Origin: Microcoleus sp.
GTDB taxonomy: Bacteria; Cyanobacteriota; Cyanobacteriia; Cyanobacteriales; Microcoleaceae
DNA length: 64,000 nucleotides
Direction of reading: 5' to 3'
NCBI GenBank assembly: GCA_042408215.1
Contig: JAYFMW010000029.1
Coordinates: forward strand, 1-64,000
Positions within the stretch are counted from its first letter, which is position 1; each line of letters opens with the position of its first letter. The notes beneath the pieces were generated by a model that saw only the letters and a program-made list of their open reading frames with translations, searched no databases and was not told the origin of the DNA. A program made the position numbers and the translations under genes. Positions 28,357-38,840 of this stretch are shown here, piece by piece.

Positions 28357-29721
28357 TTACTTGACGCGCAGTGCTCTATTTGTGCTGCTTTGTTCTGATT
28401 CGCGAACTTTTTTGCCTCTCCAAAGTAGCCGCATTGGGGTGCCGGTAAAGCCGAGGTGTTTGCGAAATTGGCTTTCCATGTAGCGGCGGTAATTTTCGGT
28501 AAATCTTTTGGGATCGTTGACAAATAGGGCGATGGTTGGTGGCTGCGATCGCACCTGAGTACCGTAATAGATTTTGCCTTGTTTTCCTTGGCGGGTGACT
28601 GGGGCGGAGTGCCAGCTTGTGGCTTCTTCTATGACTTCGTTAATTACGGCGGTTGTGACGCGGCGTTTGTGTTCGCTGTCGGCTTTGTCGATTAATTCAA
28701 TGGTTTTTTCAACTCGCTGTCCTGTCATGGCGCTGACAAATATCATTTCTGCCCAATCGAGGAAATAAAGTCGAGATCTAACTTCTTTTTCGTATTCGTA
28801 GATGGTATCGGATTCTTTGTCTTCTACTGCGTCCCATTTGTTGACGACTATGATGCAGGCTCGTCCTTCTTGGCTGATGCGATCGGCTAATTTTTGGTCT
28901 TGATCGGTAACGCCGTCAATTGCATCTATTACTAACAGCACTACGTCGGCGCGGCGGATGGCTTTGAAAGCGCGGTTGATTCCGAAAAATTCTGCACCGT
29001 ATTCGACGTTTTTCTTTTTGCGAATTCCGGCTGTGTCGATGAGGCGGTAGGTGTTATCGCCTCGCTGGACTATGGTGTCGATTGCGTCGCGAGTTGTCCC
29101 GGAAATTGGGCTGACTATGGCGCGATTTTCTCCGAGAAATGCGTTTAATAAGCTGGATTTGCCGACGTTGGGACGCCCGATAATTGCTACTTTAATTTCT
29201 TCTACTTCGGGTAATGCTTCAGTGGGAAGGTAAGTAATTAATTTGTCGAGCAATTCGCCGGTGCCGTTACCGTGAATGCCGGAAATTGGGTAAGGTTCTC
29301 CTAATCCTAATTGCCAAAAATCTGCTGCTTGGGTAAGTCCTGTATTTTCCGATTCGCATTTGTTGACGGCTAGAATGATTGGGACTTTTTGTAGTCTGAG
29401 CCAAGATGCGATCGATTCGTCGCCACCGGTGAGTCCGATTTGTCCGTCTACTACGAAAATGGCTGCGCTGGCTTCTGCGAGGGCGGCCAGTGCTTGTTCG
29501 CGAATTAGGGGCAGAAATTCGGTGTCGTCGTCGAATACTAAGCCGCCGGTGTCTACGACTTGATATTCGCGATCGGCCCAGTATGCTGGTCGGTATGTGC
29601 GATCGCGCGTGATTCCCGGTTCGTCGTGGACGATCGCATCTTGGCAATTGGCTAGGCGGTTGACGATCGTCGATTTGCCGACATTGGGGCGTCCAATAAT
29701 AGCAACAATAGGTAGAGGCAT
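28357..29721 (-). CDS. der: Ribosome biogenesis GTPase Der/EngA
   Basis: Two GRPNVGKS G-domains, DTGG/DTAG, KH-like C-terminus. Confidence 0.97.
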   Translation of the reverse strand: MPLPIVAIIGRPNVGKSTIVNRLANCQDAIVHDEPGITRDRTYRPAYWADREYQVVDTGGLVFDDDTEFLPLIREQALAALAEASAAIFVVDGQIGLTGGDESIASWLRLQKVPIILAVNKCESENTGLTQAADFWQLGLGEPYPISGIHGNGTGELLDKLITYLPTEALPEVEEIKVAIIGRPNVGKSSLLNAFLGENRAIVSPISGTTRDAIDTIVQRGDNTYRLIDTAGIRKKKNVEYGAEFFGINRAFKAIRRADVVLLVIDAIDGVTDQDQKLADRISQEGRACIIVVNKWDAVEDKESDTIYEYEKEVRSRLYFLDWAEMIFVSAMTGQRVEKTIELIDKADSEHKRRVTTAVINEVIEEATSWHSAPVTRQGKQGKIYYGTQVRSQPPTIALFVNDPKRFTENYRRYMESQFRKHLGFTGTPMRLLWRGKKVRESEQSSTNRALRVK

Positions 29722-29824
29722 AAATGTGGCAGCAATGAGGCTGCTTTGTAATTTTGAGCTTTGACCTTTCATTATAGGGTGAATGTGGCCCAGATGGAAA
29801 ATGAGATTAAGTAGGCAGAGCCTA

Positions 29825-29977
29825 GGGCGTGTTTTCAAAGTCTTAGATCCCCCCCAGCCCCCCTTAAAAAGGGGGGAGAAAGAGTCTCTTTCGTCAACCC
29901 CTACTCACACCCTACTCCCTTTTTAAGGGGGATGCGAGGGGGATCGGGATCTGAGGTCGCAGTTTGAAAACACGCCC
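29825..29977. mobile_element. MITE with 15-bp perfect TIR and TA duplication, nested in a REP-like palindrome
   Basis: GGGCGTGTTTTCAAA...TTTGAAAACACGCCC flanked by TA; flanks GCAGAGCC|GGCTCTGC; same GC core as 19231 and 39292. Confidence 0.8.
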
Positions 29978-30077
29978 TAGGGCTCTGCATTACCAGGCTC
30001 TGCCTGGTAACGAGAAACATCCGTTAAATCCGTTACAGAATCCGTTGCCGAACTTCCTTATTCTCTAAAATTGCTAA

Positions 30078-31286
30078 ATGGAACGACTTATTTCTGCATT
30101 GGGTTTAGCTGTTTTTGTTGGTTTGTCCTACGCCTTTTCTGTCGATAGGCGCGCTGTTAAGTGGCCACCCATATTGTGGGGAATTGCATTACAGCTAATT
30201 TTTGCTATTTTGATTCTCAAAACTGCTCCTGGTTTGGCGGTGTTTAAGTTTTTGGGAGATTTGGTCACGCAGTTTCTCAATTTTTCTGATGCCGGGGCTA
30301 AGTTCGTATTTGGAGACAATTTTGCCGAACACTTTATCGCTTTTAAAGTGCTGCCGACTATCATCTTTTTCTCTTCGTTTATCACCCTACTTTATCACTA
30401 CGGCATTTTGCAGCGAGTGGTGCAGGTGGTGGCTTGGGGTATGATGAAAACCATGAAGACTTCGGGCGCAGAAACTCTTTCTTGCGCTGCGAATATCTTT
30501 GTCGGACAAACGGAAGCTCCTCTGTTAATTAAACCCTATTTGGCGACGATGACGCTCTCGGAACTTCATGCTGTGATGACGGGGGGTTTTGCGACAATTG
30601 CGGGCGGAGTTATGGCCGCTTATATTTCTTTTGGAGTGCCGGCTGAACATTTAATTGCGGCGTCTGTGATGTCTGCACCAGCAGCTTTGGCTATTTCTAA
30701 ATTGCTTTACCCGGAAACTGAAAAGTCCCTAACGGCTGGAAACATTGAAGTGAAGGTGGAACAGGTTTATGCTAATGCGGTGGATGCGGCGGCTTCCGGT
30801 GCTAGTGACGGGTTGAAGTTGGCGGCTAATGTGGGGGCGATGCTGATTGCTTTTTTGGGTTTGTTGGCTTTTTTTAATGCACTTTTGGGCTGGTTTGGAG
30901 GGCTGATTAATTTGCCTCAGTTGTCGCTGGAATGGATTTGTTCTTATTTGATGGCTCCGGTTGCTTGGCTGATGGGAGTGCCTTGGGCGGACTGCGGAAA
31001 GGTGGGGGTTGTTTTGGGCAAAAAAACGATTTTGAATGAGTTTATTGCTTATTTGGATTTGATGGAATTGGTGAAACAACAGGCGATTTCTGAACGCTCG
31101 CAAATTATCTCGACTTATGCTTTGTGCGGGTTTTCTAATATTGGTTCGATCGGGATTCAGATTGGGGGAATTGGCGCGATGGCTCCTCTTCGCCAGGGGG
31201 ATTTGGCGAGGTTGGGCGTGAGGGCGATGATTGCGGGCTCTTTGGCTTGTTTTATGACTGCTTGCATTGCGGGGATGTTGCTTTAA
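30078..31286 (+). CDS. nupC: Concentrative nucleoside transporter (CNT/NupC family)
   Basis: ANIFVGQTEAP, GFATIAGG, NEFIAY, CGFSNIGSIGI. Confidence 0.93.
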   Translation: MERLISALGLAVFVGLSYAFSVDRRAVKWPPILWGIALQLIFAILILKTAPGLAVFKFLGDLVTQFLNFSDAGAKFVFGDNFAEHFIAFKVLPTIIFFSSFITLLYHYGILQRVVQVVAWGMMKTMKTSGAETLSCAANIFVGQTEAPLLIKPYLATMTLSELHAVMTGGFATIAGGVMAAYISFGVPAEHLIAASVMSAPAALAISKLLYPETEKSLTAGNIEVKVEQVYANAVDAAASGASDGLKLAANVGAMLIAFLGLLAFFNALLGWFGGLINLPQLSLEWICSYLMAPVAWLMGVPWADCGKVGVVLGKKTILNEFIAYLDLMELVKQQAISERSQIISTYALCGFSNIGSIGIQIGGIGAMAPLRQGDLARLGVRAMIAGSLACFMTACIAGMLL

Positions 31287-31480
31287 AGTTTTGAGTTTTT
31301 AGTTAAGGAGTTAGGTACTCCGTGGACACCAGACAGTAAATGTTATTAAATATTAGCACTTACGATCGACTCTACTTGTAGGGTGCACAGTGTGGCACCT
31401 TACTAGATTAACGAGCATCAAAACTACTGCCAGCCATCAACATCACTGCCGCTGATTTGCTCCTGATGTGAGTAGAGTTC

Positions 31481-31663
31481 TCACGATTCCACAGTCAGCT
31501 CGACAGACGAAGGTACTGCAACCTGGGGAAGTTTCTGGGTTTGAACCGGGCCTAGGAGCGATCGAAAAACGTAAGTTTTAGGTAATTTTGTGGAGGTGCT
31601 GGCTCCGGTAAATATTTGGAGCGATAAAGTTAAGGCCGCCGCTAACAACAGTTTTTCAAACAT
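31481..31663 (-). CDS. Small putative secreted protein (60 aa)
   Basis: AGGAG RBS; signal-peptide-like N-terminus. Confidence 0.55.
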   Translation of the reverse strand: MFEKLLLAAALTLSLQIFTGASTSTKLPKTYVFRSLLGPVQTQKLPQVAVPSSVELTVES

Positions 31664-31935
31664 AGCACTGTCTCCTATACAAGATGCTCCAAGGCATTTC
31701 TCCTCTTACAATTACAAGATACCAGCATCCTATCTGGCGTGCTGCGATCGCGCGAGCACATATCAGTGATACACATCACGAATTGCTCTGCATCTCAATT
31801 GTCTGTTCCAACCTGAACCGCAACCCCATCCCGCTTCTGTTTCAAAAATTCTCCCTGAGAAAGAAGCCGTTGAGTCTCTCTGAAAGGTAGAATTATCGCG
31901 TAGAGGTTATTTGACTCAGCGGAGGTACCGACAAT

Positions 31936-33501
31936 ATGCTTGCATACATTCTGGCGTTGGCAGTCGGTCTGGGCAGCTTTAGTATTTACATGGCGGCTTT
32001 CTTTTTTCCAGAGGTTCACCGCAAAAGTGATTTTGTGTGGAGCGGGGTAGGACTTTTTTATGGGTTAATTTTATGGGCTTGTGCGGGGCGAATTACTGGT
32101 GCTCTCCTGCTGGGTCAAATCGCGGGCGTCGCTCTGTTGGGCTGGTTAGCCTGGGAAACTCTGAGTTTGCGCCGACAAGTGACACCAATTGCTCAGCAAA
32201 CGCCGATTCCTGATTTGGCCCTCTTTGATAACACCATGAAGGCTGTGGCTGGTGGGTCACTTCCGGGCTGGTTTGGCCAGAAAAAAGACACCGCGGCGAC
32301 AAAACCTAAGTTTGTCAGAGCCCAGAAACCGAAAACTGAAGTTGTTCCCCCACCTGTTCCAGATAGGAGTGAACTCAAGGTAGAGGAACAGCCGACGACG
32401 CCCCCAGTAGTTGAATTTATTTCCGAAAGTTCGATCGCACCCACTCCCGAAATTGCTCACGCTCCTGAGTTCCCAATTCCCGACTCAATCACACCCACAA
32501 CTCAGCCAATACCGGTATGGTCGATCGAAACACCCGTTGCTGACACAACGCCAGCCCCTGTAGAATCAGCGCTACCGCACGAAACTCCGTTACCGCTAGA
32601 AATTTCAGAAATGGTCGCCGGAGCCAATGTCGAGCCAGCAGAGGCTCAGCCAGAGGCTAAATTGCAGCAACAATTGGATGAATTCGACGACGAAATAGCA
32701 GCAGAGTTGGTAGCCCCAGCGAGAGAGTCGCAGGCTGCTGTTTCCTCAACTCCCGCTTCCCCAACTCCCGCCAAAGTCTCTAAAAAATCCGCAGGTTTCG
32801 GCAGTCTATTCGACAACATCAAAAATAGTCTCGGTGGTTTTTTAGGCAGAGGTTCCGATAAAAGCAAGTCTGCTGCAACTCCCCAGACGCTAACACCGAA
32901 AGTTCCTCCAACTAAGATCGAGCCAGTAGCTGAAATACCCACAATTTCTGCACCGAATATTGACCAGATTCTCGAATCAGAATTAGCTGCTGTGGCTGTC
33001 GAAGCTACAGCAGAAACTAGCACTGCTGTTGAGGAAAGTCCAGGAGTGCCATTGGAATCCGATATCGAGACGGCAGAGTTGATGGCCACAGAAAGCGCCA
33101 GTTCTCCCGAAATAGGCGATCGGGCGATCGCACCCTCTGAAACTGAAGCCCAGACAAGCCCAGAAACTCAGGTTGCTGAAGACACAGAAGCCTCCGATAT
33201 ACCATTCGCAAAAGTCCCTAGTTCATCTCTAGAAAAGACAGTGGTAGAAGTGGTTTCAGTAACGGCTGTGAAGATTCACGAATCCGGGGATGCGATCGAC
33301 AGTTCCCCCAAACTGGAGGTAGAGGCAATTTCAATAGAGGTGATCTCGATCGAACCCACAGGCGACACACTATCTCAAAACGCAGAAAAACCTGAATTGA
33401 GTTCTCCAAATCCCCCAGATTCCGATCTTGTCAAAACGGCCACACCTGCTGTTGAATCTCAGTCTGAGCATATTTCCAGCCAACAGCCACCGACGGCATA
33501 A
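31936..33501 (+). CDS. ycf66: Ycf66-family protein with long acidic/Pro-rich disordered tail
   Basis: MLAYILALAVG...AFFFPEVHRKSD..WSGVGLFY N-terminus; GGAGG RBS. Confidence 0.85.
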   Translation: MLAYILALAVGLGSFSIYMAAFFFPEVHRKSDFVWSGVGLFYGLILWACAGRITGALLLGQIAGVALLGWLAWETLSLRRQVTPIAQQTPIPDLALFDNTMKAVAGGSLPGWFGQKKDTAATKPKFVRAQKPKTEVVPPPVPDRSELKVEEQPTTPPVVEFISESSIAPTPEIAHAPEFPIPDSITPTTQPIPVWSIETPVADTTPAPVESALPHETPLPLEISEMVAGANVEPAEAQPEAKLQQQLDEFDDEIAAELVAPARESQAAVSSTPASPTPAKVSKKSAGFGSLFDNIKNSLGGFLGRGSDKSKSAATPQTLTPKVPPTKIEPVAEIPTISAPNIDQILESELAAVAVEATAETSTAVEESPGVPLESDIETAELMATESASSPEIGDRAIAPSETEAQTSPETQVAEDTEASDIPFAKVPSSSLEKTVVEVVSVTAVKIHESGDAIDSSPKLEVEAISIEVISIEPTGDTLSQNAEKPELSSPNPPDSDLVKTATPAVESQSEHISSQQPPTA

Positions 33502-33648
33502 AACACAAAACAAAAGGTAGAAATCAGAATTTTTTTGATTCTGCTTTCTACCTTCTACCTTCTACCTTCTACCTTCTGCCTTCTACCTTCGGAATTCGCG
33601 TTAGAATGGCAAAAATAATCACAAGTTTGTAGGTTAAATCAATAATAT

Positions 33649-35115
33649 ATGAAAGCAATTATGGTCGTGGGAACAACCTCTCACGCAGGAAAATCTTTAC
33701 TCGTTTCAGCTTTGTGTCGCATCTTTTCTCGGCGGGGCTGGCGAGTCGCCCCGTTTAAAGGTCAGAATATGGCACTGAATTCCTATGTCACTGCTGGTGG
33801 CGGAGAGATTGGCTACGCTCAAGCAGTTCAAGCTTGGGCCGCGGGCGTGGCTCCTTGGGTGGAAATGAATCCCATTTTGCTCAAGCCGCAAGGAGATATG
33901 ACTTCTCAATTAATTATCAAAGGCAGAGCCGTAGCCAATGTGCGAGCTGCTCAATATTACGAGCAGTATTTTGATATCGGCTGGCAAGCTATTAAGGAAT
34001 CTTTAGGATTTCTGAGTCAAGAATTTGACATGATTGTGTGCGAAGGAGCCGGCAGCCCTGCGGAGATTAATCTCAAGCACCGCGATTTAACAAATATGCG
34101 GGTAGCTAAATATTTGAATGCGAGGACTGTGCTAGTAGTGGATATCGATCGCGGCGGAGCTTTTGCTCACATTATCGGTACTTTGGAATTGCTCGAACCA
34201 GAGGAACGAGCCTTAATTAAAGGGTTTATTATTAATAAGTTTCGAGGTCAGAAATCGATCTTAGATCCAGGACTGACTTGGCTAGAAGAACGTACAGGCA
34301 TTCCGGTAGTTGGGGTGATTCCTTGGATAGACGAAGTGTTTCCGGCAGAAGATTCTCTCGATTTGCTCGATCGGCGTTCTCCAAATTCTCACACAGACCT
34401 GAATATTTCAGTCATCCGTTTGCCCCGAATTTCTAATTTTACCGACTTTGACCCGCTGGAGTCGGAAACTACTGTCACGGTCAAATATGTCAGCCCCAAA
34501 GACCAGTTAGGGCATCCAGATGCGGTAATTTTACCAGGCTCCAAAACGACAATTTCTGATTTGCAGGTGCTCCGACAAACCGGTATGGCAGAAGCGATTA
34601 AAAAATATTTAACTGCTGGCGGTACGGTGATGGGAGTTTGTGGCGGGTTTCAGATGCTGGGAGAAAGTATAGTCGATCGAGAAGGTCTTGAGGGAGAACA
34701 GGGAGAATTTCAAGGGTTGGGATTGTTACCTTTGAAAACTGCGATCGCCCCTCATAAAATTGCCCGCCAACGTACCGTAACTTCTAGCTATCCTCAACCG
34801 GGTTTACCAGTTTCCGGTTACGAAATTCACCAAGGAAGAACGCAAATGTTAGCATCAAATTTGACTGAACCACTGTTTGACGATCCTACTTTGGGAATGG
34901 TCAATAATTCCCAATCCATTTGGGGTACTTACTTGCACGGTGTTTTTGATAACGGAGCTTGGCGACGATCTTGGTTAAATCACTTGCGGCAGCAGCGAGG
35001 ATTGCGGGCCCTACCTACAGGAATTCCTAATTATAGGGAACATCGAGAAGCTCTTTTAGACGCTCTGGCTGATACCGTTGAAAAGCATTTAGATATCAAA
35101 CAGATTTTAGGGTAG
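33649..35115 (+). CDS. cobQ: Cobyric acid synthase
   Basis: GTTSHAGKS, PFKGQNM, EGAGSPAEINL, GVCGGFQMLG, GTYLHG. Confidence 0.97.
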   Translation: MKAIMVVGTTSHAGKSLLVSALCRIFSRRGWRVAPFKGQNMALNSYVTAGGGEIGYAQAVQAWAAGVAPWVEMNPILLKPQGDMTSQLIIKGRAVANVRAAQYYEQYFDIGWQAIKESLGFLSQEFDMIVCEGAGSPAEINLKHRDLTNMRVAKYLNARTVLVVDIDRGGAFAHIIGTLELLEPEERALIKGFIINKFRGQKSILDPGLTWLEERTGIPVVGVIPWIDEVFPAEDSLDLLDRRSPNSHTDLNISVIRLPRISNFTDFDPLESETTVTVKYVSPKDQLGHPDAVILPGSKTTISDLQVLRQTGMAEAIKKYLTAGGTVMGVCGGFQMLGESIVDREGLEGEQGEFQGLGLLPLKTAIAPHKIARQRTVTSSYPQPGLPVSGYEIHQGRTQMLASNLTEPLFDDPTLGMVNNSQSIWGTYLHGVFDNGAWRRSWLNHLRQQRGLRALPTGIPNYREHREALLDALADTVEKHLDIKQILG

Positions 35116-35169
35116 TTATTAGTCATTAGTCAGCAGTCATTAGTCATTAGTAGCTTAGGTGAAGTTTGA

Positions 35170-35406
35170 ATGACAAAAATTTGTTTTTTACCAGAAAATG
35201 TAACAGTTGAAGCTGAACCGGGAGAGCTTTTGCTGGATGTAGCTAAACGTGCAGGAGTTTCTATTCCTACCGGCTGTCTCATGGGTTCTTGTCACGCTTG
35301 CGAAGTGGAACTGGAAGACGGAGAGATAATTTGTGCTTGTATTTCCGGTGTACCTTCGGGAAAAGAGCAAGTAACAATTAATCTTTATGTTGACCCGATT
35401 TGGTAA
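35170..35406 (+). CDS. Small 2Fe-2S ferredoxin-like protein
   Basis: IPTGCLMGSCHACEV...CAC. Confidence 0.9.
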   Translation: MTKICFLPENVTVEAEPGELLLDVAKRAGVSIPTGCLMGSCHACEVELEDGEIICACISGVPSGKEQVTINLYVDPIW

Positions 35407-35754
35407 TTAGTCATTAGTCATTGGTCATTGGTCATTGGTCATTGGTAATTAGTCATTGGTCATTAGTCATTGGTCATTGGTCATTGGTCATTGGTCATTA
35501 GTCATTGGTCATTGGTCATTGGTCATTGGTCATTGGTCATTGGTCATTGGTCATTGGTCATTGGTCATTGGTCATTGGTCATTAGTCATTGGTCATTAGT
35601 CATTGGTCATTAGTCATTGGTCATTAGTCATTGGTCATTAGTCATTGGTCATTAGTCATTGGTCATTAGTCATTGGTCATTAGTCATTAGTCATTGGTCA
35701 TTAGTCATTAGTCATTGGTAATTGGTCATTGGTCATTGGTCATTAGTCATTGGT
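35405..35754. repeat. Long STRR heptamer tract (CATTGGT/CATTAGT)
   Basis: About 50 tandem heptamers. Confidence 0.95.
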
Positions 35755-35849
35755 CTATTTGTTGTTTGTAACACTCTACCAATTCCCGATGCTTCTAGGC
35801 CCGATGCCCTATTCCCAATGCCCCATGCCCCATTCCCCATTCCCAATCT

Positions 35850-37191
35850 TTAATTCTTTTGCCATTCTTTCTGTTTTTTGCGAGCCGATTGCAGCCATTT
35901 TTGCGCTTCTGGATAAACAGTTGTTCCTGGTTTAACTGATTCTAATTGGTTGATAATTTCCTGCAATAGTCCTAGGGCGTAACCAGGATTTTGACTGGTA
36001 GAATTTAGGTGAGTTTGGAAGTTTGCAAACAAGCTTTTAGCCTGATTGAAAGCTTCAACTGACTCTTTTTCGGCTTTCAGTCGAATCTGTGTAGTGCCTA
36101 AATTATTTTGATATTCAGCTAGTTTTGTTTGAGCGTTGAGATAGCCCGGATTATCAAAGGGAATTTGGCTGAGTCGTTCAATAGATTCTTGCCACAAATC
36201 TGCTATTTTTTGCCAACTTTCTGCTGAATGCGGAGGTTTCTGAGAGGCTACAGCGGCAGTTAAGGCAAATTCTTTAGCAGCTTCAATTAAGTTGTCCGCA
36301 CGCACCGAACCGGTGGCGACGCCGCCCATTGCTTGAAAGTCTCTTTCTGCTGCTTGGAGTTTTTTCCTAGCAGTTTCTCCGGCTAGGGTTTCTGGGGGAA
36401 TTTGATTGAGTTGGTCGATCGCACTTTGCCAATTTATGCTAGCTTTTTGTCTATCTGCCGCATTTTTTGCTTGCTGATACTGCTGTTTCGCAGCTGGTGA
36501 GGGTTTCTTCGACTTGAGTTAACTGAGTAAAAGCATTTTTTTGCTGGAAAATCTGGGCATCCATGCGCCCGATACTTTTGCGGGCTGCTTGAAATTCATC
36601 TACTGTAAAGCGCCAAGTACAGCCAAAAAAAGAGCAGTAGGTTTGTGGATAATAACCTAAAAACCAAACCGGCAAAGCGTCGAGGTGTTTTTGCGCTTGT
36701 TTTGCTTTGGTTTCGCCCAAGTCGAAATCCGCCGCAGCCGTGGCTTTATTGATTAATTGATCGGATTGTTCTACCAGGGCGATCGCCAGCCGGTAATTTT
36801 GATCCATACTGATAAAACTGGGCAACAATAATATCGGCATTGTCTTCGCAACTGGCCAGCGAATCATCGGAAATGGCAGGTTTAGCAGCCAAATTATCCC
36901 CGCCCCAGCCCCCAAAAAACCCCCAACCCAGAGAATTTTGCTGAACAATCCGGGCGGGCGGTTGGCTTTAACGGCATCTTTGAGAGCTTTTTCGCTGAAG
37001 TTGGGAAATTCATCTTTGAAAGTAGCGCGGATTTCTTCTATTGAGGCGAAAGTGCCATTTTGCGATCGCATTTTCTCCAGCCGCTTGAGTACCATACTCC
37101 GGTACACATTACCAGCTAAGCCATCAGCCGCAGCACACTTTTCAACTTCGGCCCGCAAAATTTCAAAAGCTCGATCGGTAAGACACCCCAT
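35850..37191 (-). pseudogene. Helical-repeat membrane-anchored hypothetical protein split by a +1 frameshift near 36496
   Basis: Removing one G at 36496-36497 joins ORF 36451-37200 to ORF 35850-36329 through an open frame (TAAKQQYQQAKNAADRQKASINWQ...). Confidence 0.75.
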
Positions 37192-37231
37192 AAAACTCAC
37201 CTATGCCCTTTTAATTATTTTACACTACGAC

Positions 37232-38042
37232 AGAAACTCAAGAAACAAGAAACTGGGTTTTTATCCAGATTATCTGCTGTCACGCGTCTTCTCTGAAAAA
37301 ACCCGGTTTCTGGCCACGCATCACAACTCAAGAAACTCAAGAAACCGGGTTTTTTGCAGTTTTTGGGTGGTGGAACGACATTCTCGGAAAAACCCGGTTT
37401 CTGGCCACGCATCACAACTCAAGAAACTCAAGAAACCGGGTTTTTTGCAGTTTTTGGGTGTGTAATTATATTTTCGGAAAAAACCCGGTTTCTGGCCACG
37501 CATCACAACTCAAGAAACTCAAGAAACCGGGTTTTTTGCTGTTTTTGGGTGGTGGAACGACATTCTCGGAAAAACCCGGTTTCTGGCCACGCATCACAAC
37601 TCAAGAAACTCAAGAAACCGGGTTTTTTGCTGTTTTTGGGTGGTGGAACGACATTCTCGGAAAAACCCGGTTTCTGGCCACGCATCACAACTCAAGAAAC
37701 TCAAGAAACCGGGTTTTTTGCTGTTTTTGGGTGGTGGAACGACATTCTCGGAAAAACCCGGTTTCTGGCCACGCATCACAACTCAAGAAACTCAAGAAAC
37801 CGGGTTTTTTGCTGTTTTTGGGTGGTGGAACGACATTCTCGGAAAAACCCGGTTTCTGGCCACGCATCACAACCAAGAAACTCAAGAAACCGGGTTTTTT
37901 GCTGTTTTTAGGCGGTGTAATTATATTTTCGGAAAAAACCAGGTTTCTGGCCACGCATACAACCAAAGAAACTAAAGAAACCGGGTTTTTTGCTGTTTTT
38001 GGGCGGTGTAAAGATCTTCTCGGAAAAAACCCGGTTTCTGGG
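37232..38042. repeat. Tandem array of about 9 copies of a ~91-bp REP-like hairpin unit
   Basis: AGAAACCGGGTTTTT...AAAAACCCGGTTTCT inverted repeats with linker GGCCACGCATCACAACTCAAGAAACTCA; solo copy near 54627-54693. Confidence 0.92.
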
Positions 38043-38828
38043 CTACAAATACCGAGTTAATTGTACTCGATACCGTTCTTTTTTGGTAACAGCTACTTCT
38101 CCAATTTCCAATCTTCCCTTACCGCTAACAGCGATTAAATCTCCCGACTTGACATTATAACTAGCTTGAGTGATGTCTTTCCAGTTAACTCGCACATCGC
38201 CACTATCAATTAAATCTACCATTTTGCTGCGAGACATGGCGAATCCAGCAGATGCGACAGCATCCAATCTCATCGAGGCTTCAACTGTTGTCAATTCTTT
38301 CTTTTTCGGTTCTCTAATTTTGAGCTCAGTCAACTCAATGCGCCGAGTTTTCACGGGAACCGATCGCACCTGCTGTAAACTCATCTCCAAATACTCTACC
38401 ATCTCAGGCATGACAATGGCTTGGGCCCCGCGTTCGCCCAAAACAATCACATCGCCGGTTTTTTCCCGGACAATTCCCGTACCCAACATCGCCCCCAAAA
38501 AATCGCGGTGACTGGCTGTATCAAACAGGAAATTGCCAGCGATTTCTATCGCAGCAATATTAACACTAGCAGAGTCGATCGCAATTTCCGAGCGGGCGAT
38601 CGCAATTCTTTGTCTTTCAGCTTGCGGATAGCCGCCCCAAGCCACCAACTCCACATCACTCAAACGATTAAATACAACCTTAGCTTCCGCTAATTCAGGA
38701 GGCGACATAAAATCAGTCTGAGTAACTTCCCAATTTTTAATTGCTTGTTCAGCGCAATCAATCACTCGCGCCACGCATTCGCGATTTTCGATACCTTTTA
38801 ACAGTTCTTCTCTTTGCAAACTTGCCAT
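38043..38828 (-). CDS. YlmH/Sll1252-family (photosystem II-associated S4 domain) RNA-binding protein
   Basis: GGYPQAERQR, HRDFLGA, S4 motif SMRLDAVASAGF.MSRSK. Confidence 0.92.
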   Translation of the reverse strand: MASLQREELLKGIENRECVARVIDCAEQAIKNWEVTQTDFMSPPELAEAKVVFNRLSDVELVAWGGYPQAERQRIAIARSEIAIDSASVNIAAIEIAGNFLFDTASHRDFLGAMLGTGIVREKTGDVIVLGERGAQAIVMPEMVEYLEMSLQQVRSVPVKTRRIELTELKIREPKKKELTTVEASMRLDAVASAGFAMSRSKMVDLIDSGDVRVNWKDITQASYNVKSGDLIAVSGKGRLEIGEVAVTKKERYRVQLTRYL

Positions 38829-38840
38829 AATTAAATCAAC

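Noticed and set aside
29722..29838. N-terminal extension of Der in the ORF track
   Set aside because: The upstream in-frame start lies within a MITE; the family-consistent start is [10 protein letters not shown] at 29721.
37232..38042. CRISPR array
   Set aside because: The 'spacers' are mostly identical, the unit is a dispersed REP-like hairpin with a solo copy near 54627, and there are no cas genes in the window.
37215..38060. Several ORFs of 61-200 aa across the repeat array
   Set aside because: They are by-products of the repeat, occur in multiple frames and on both strands, and have no RBS or domain signal.
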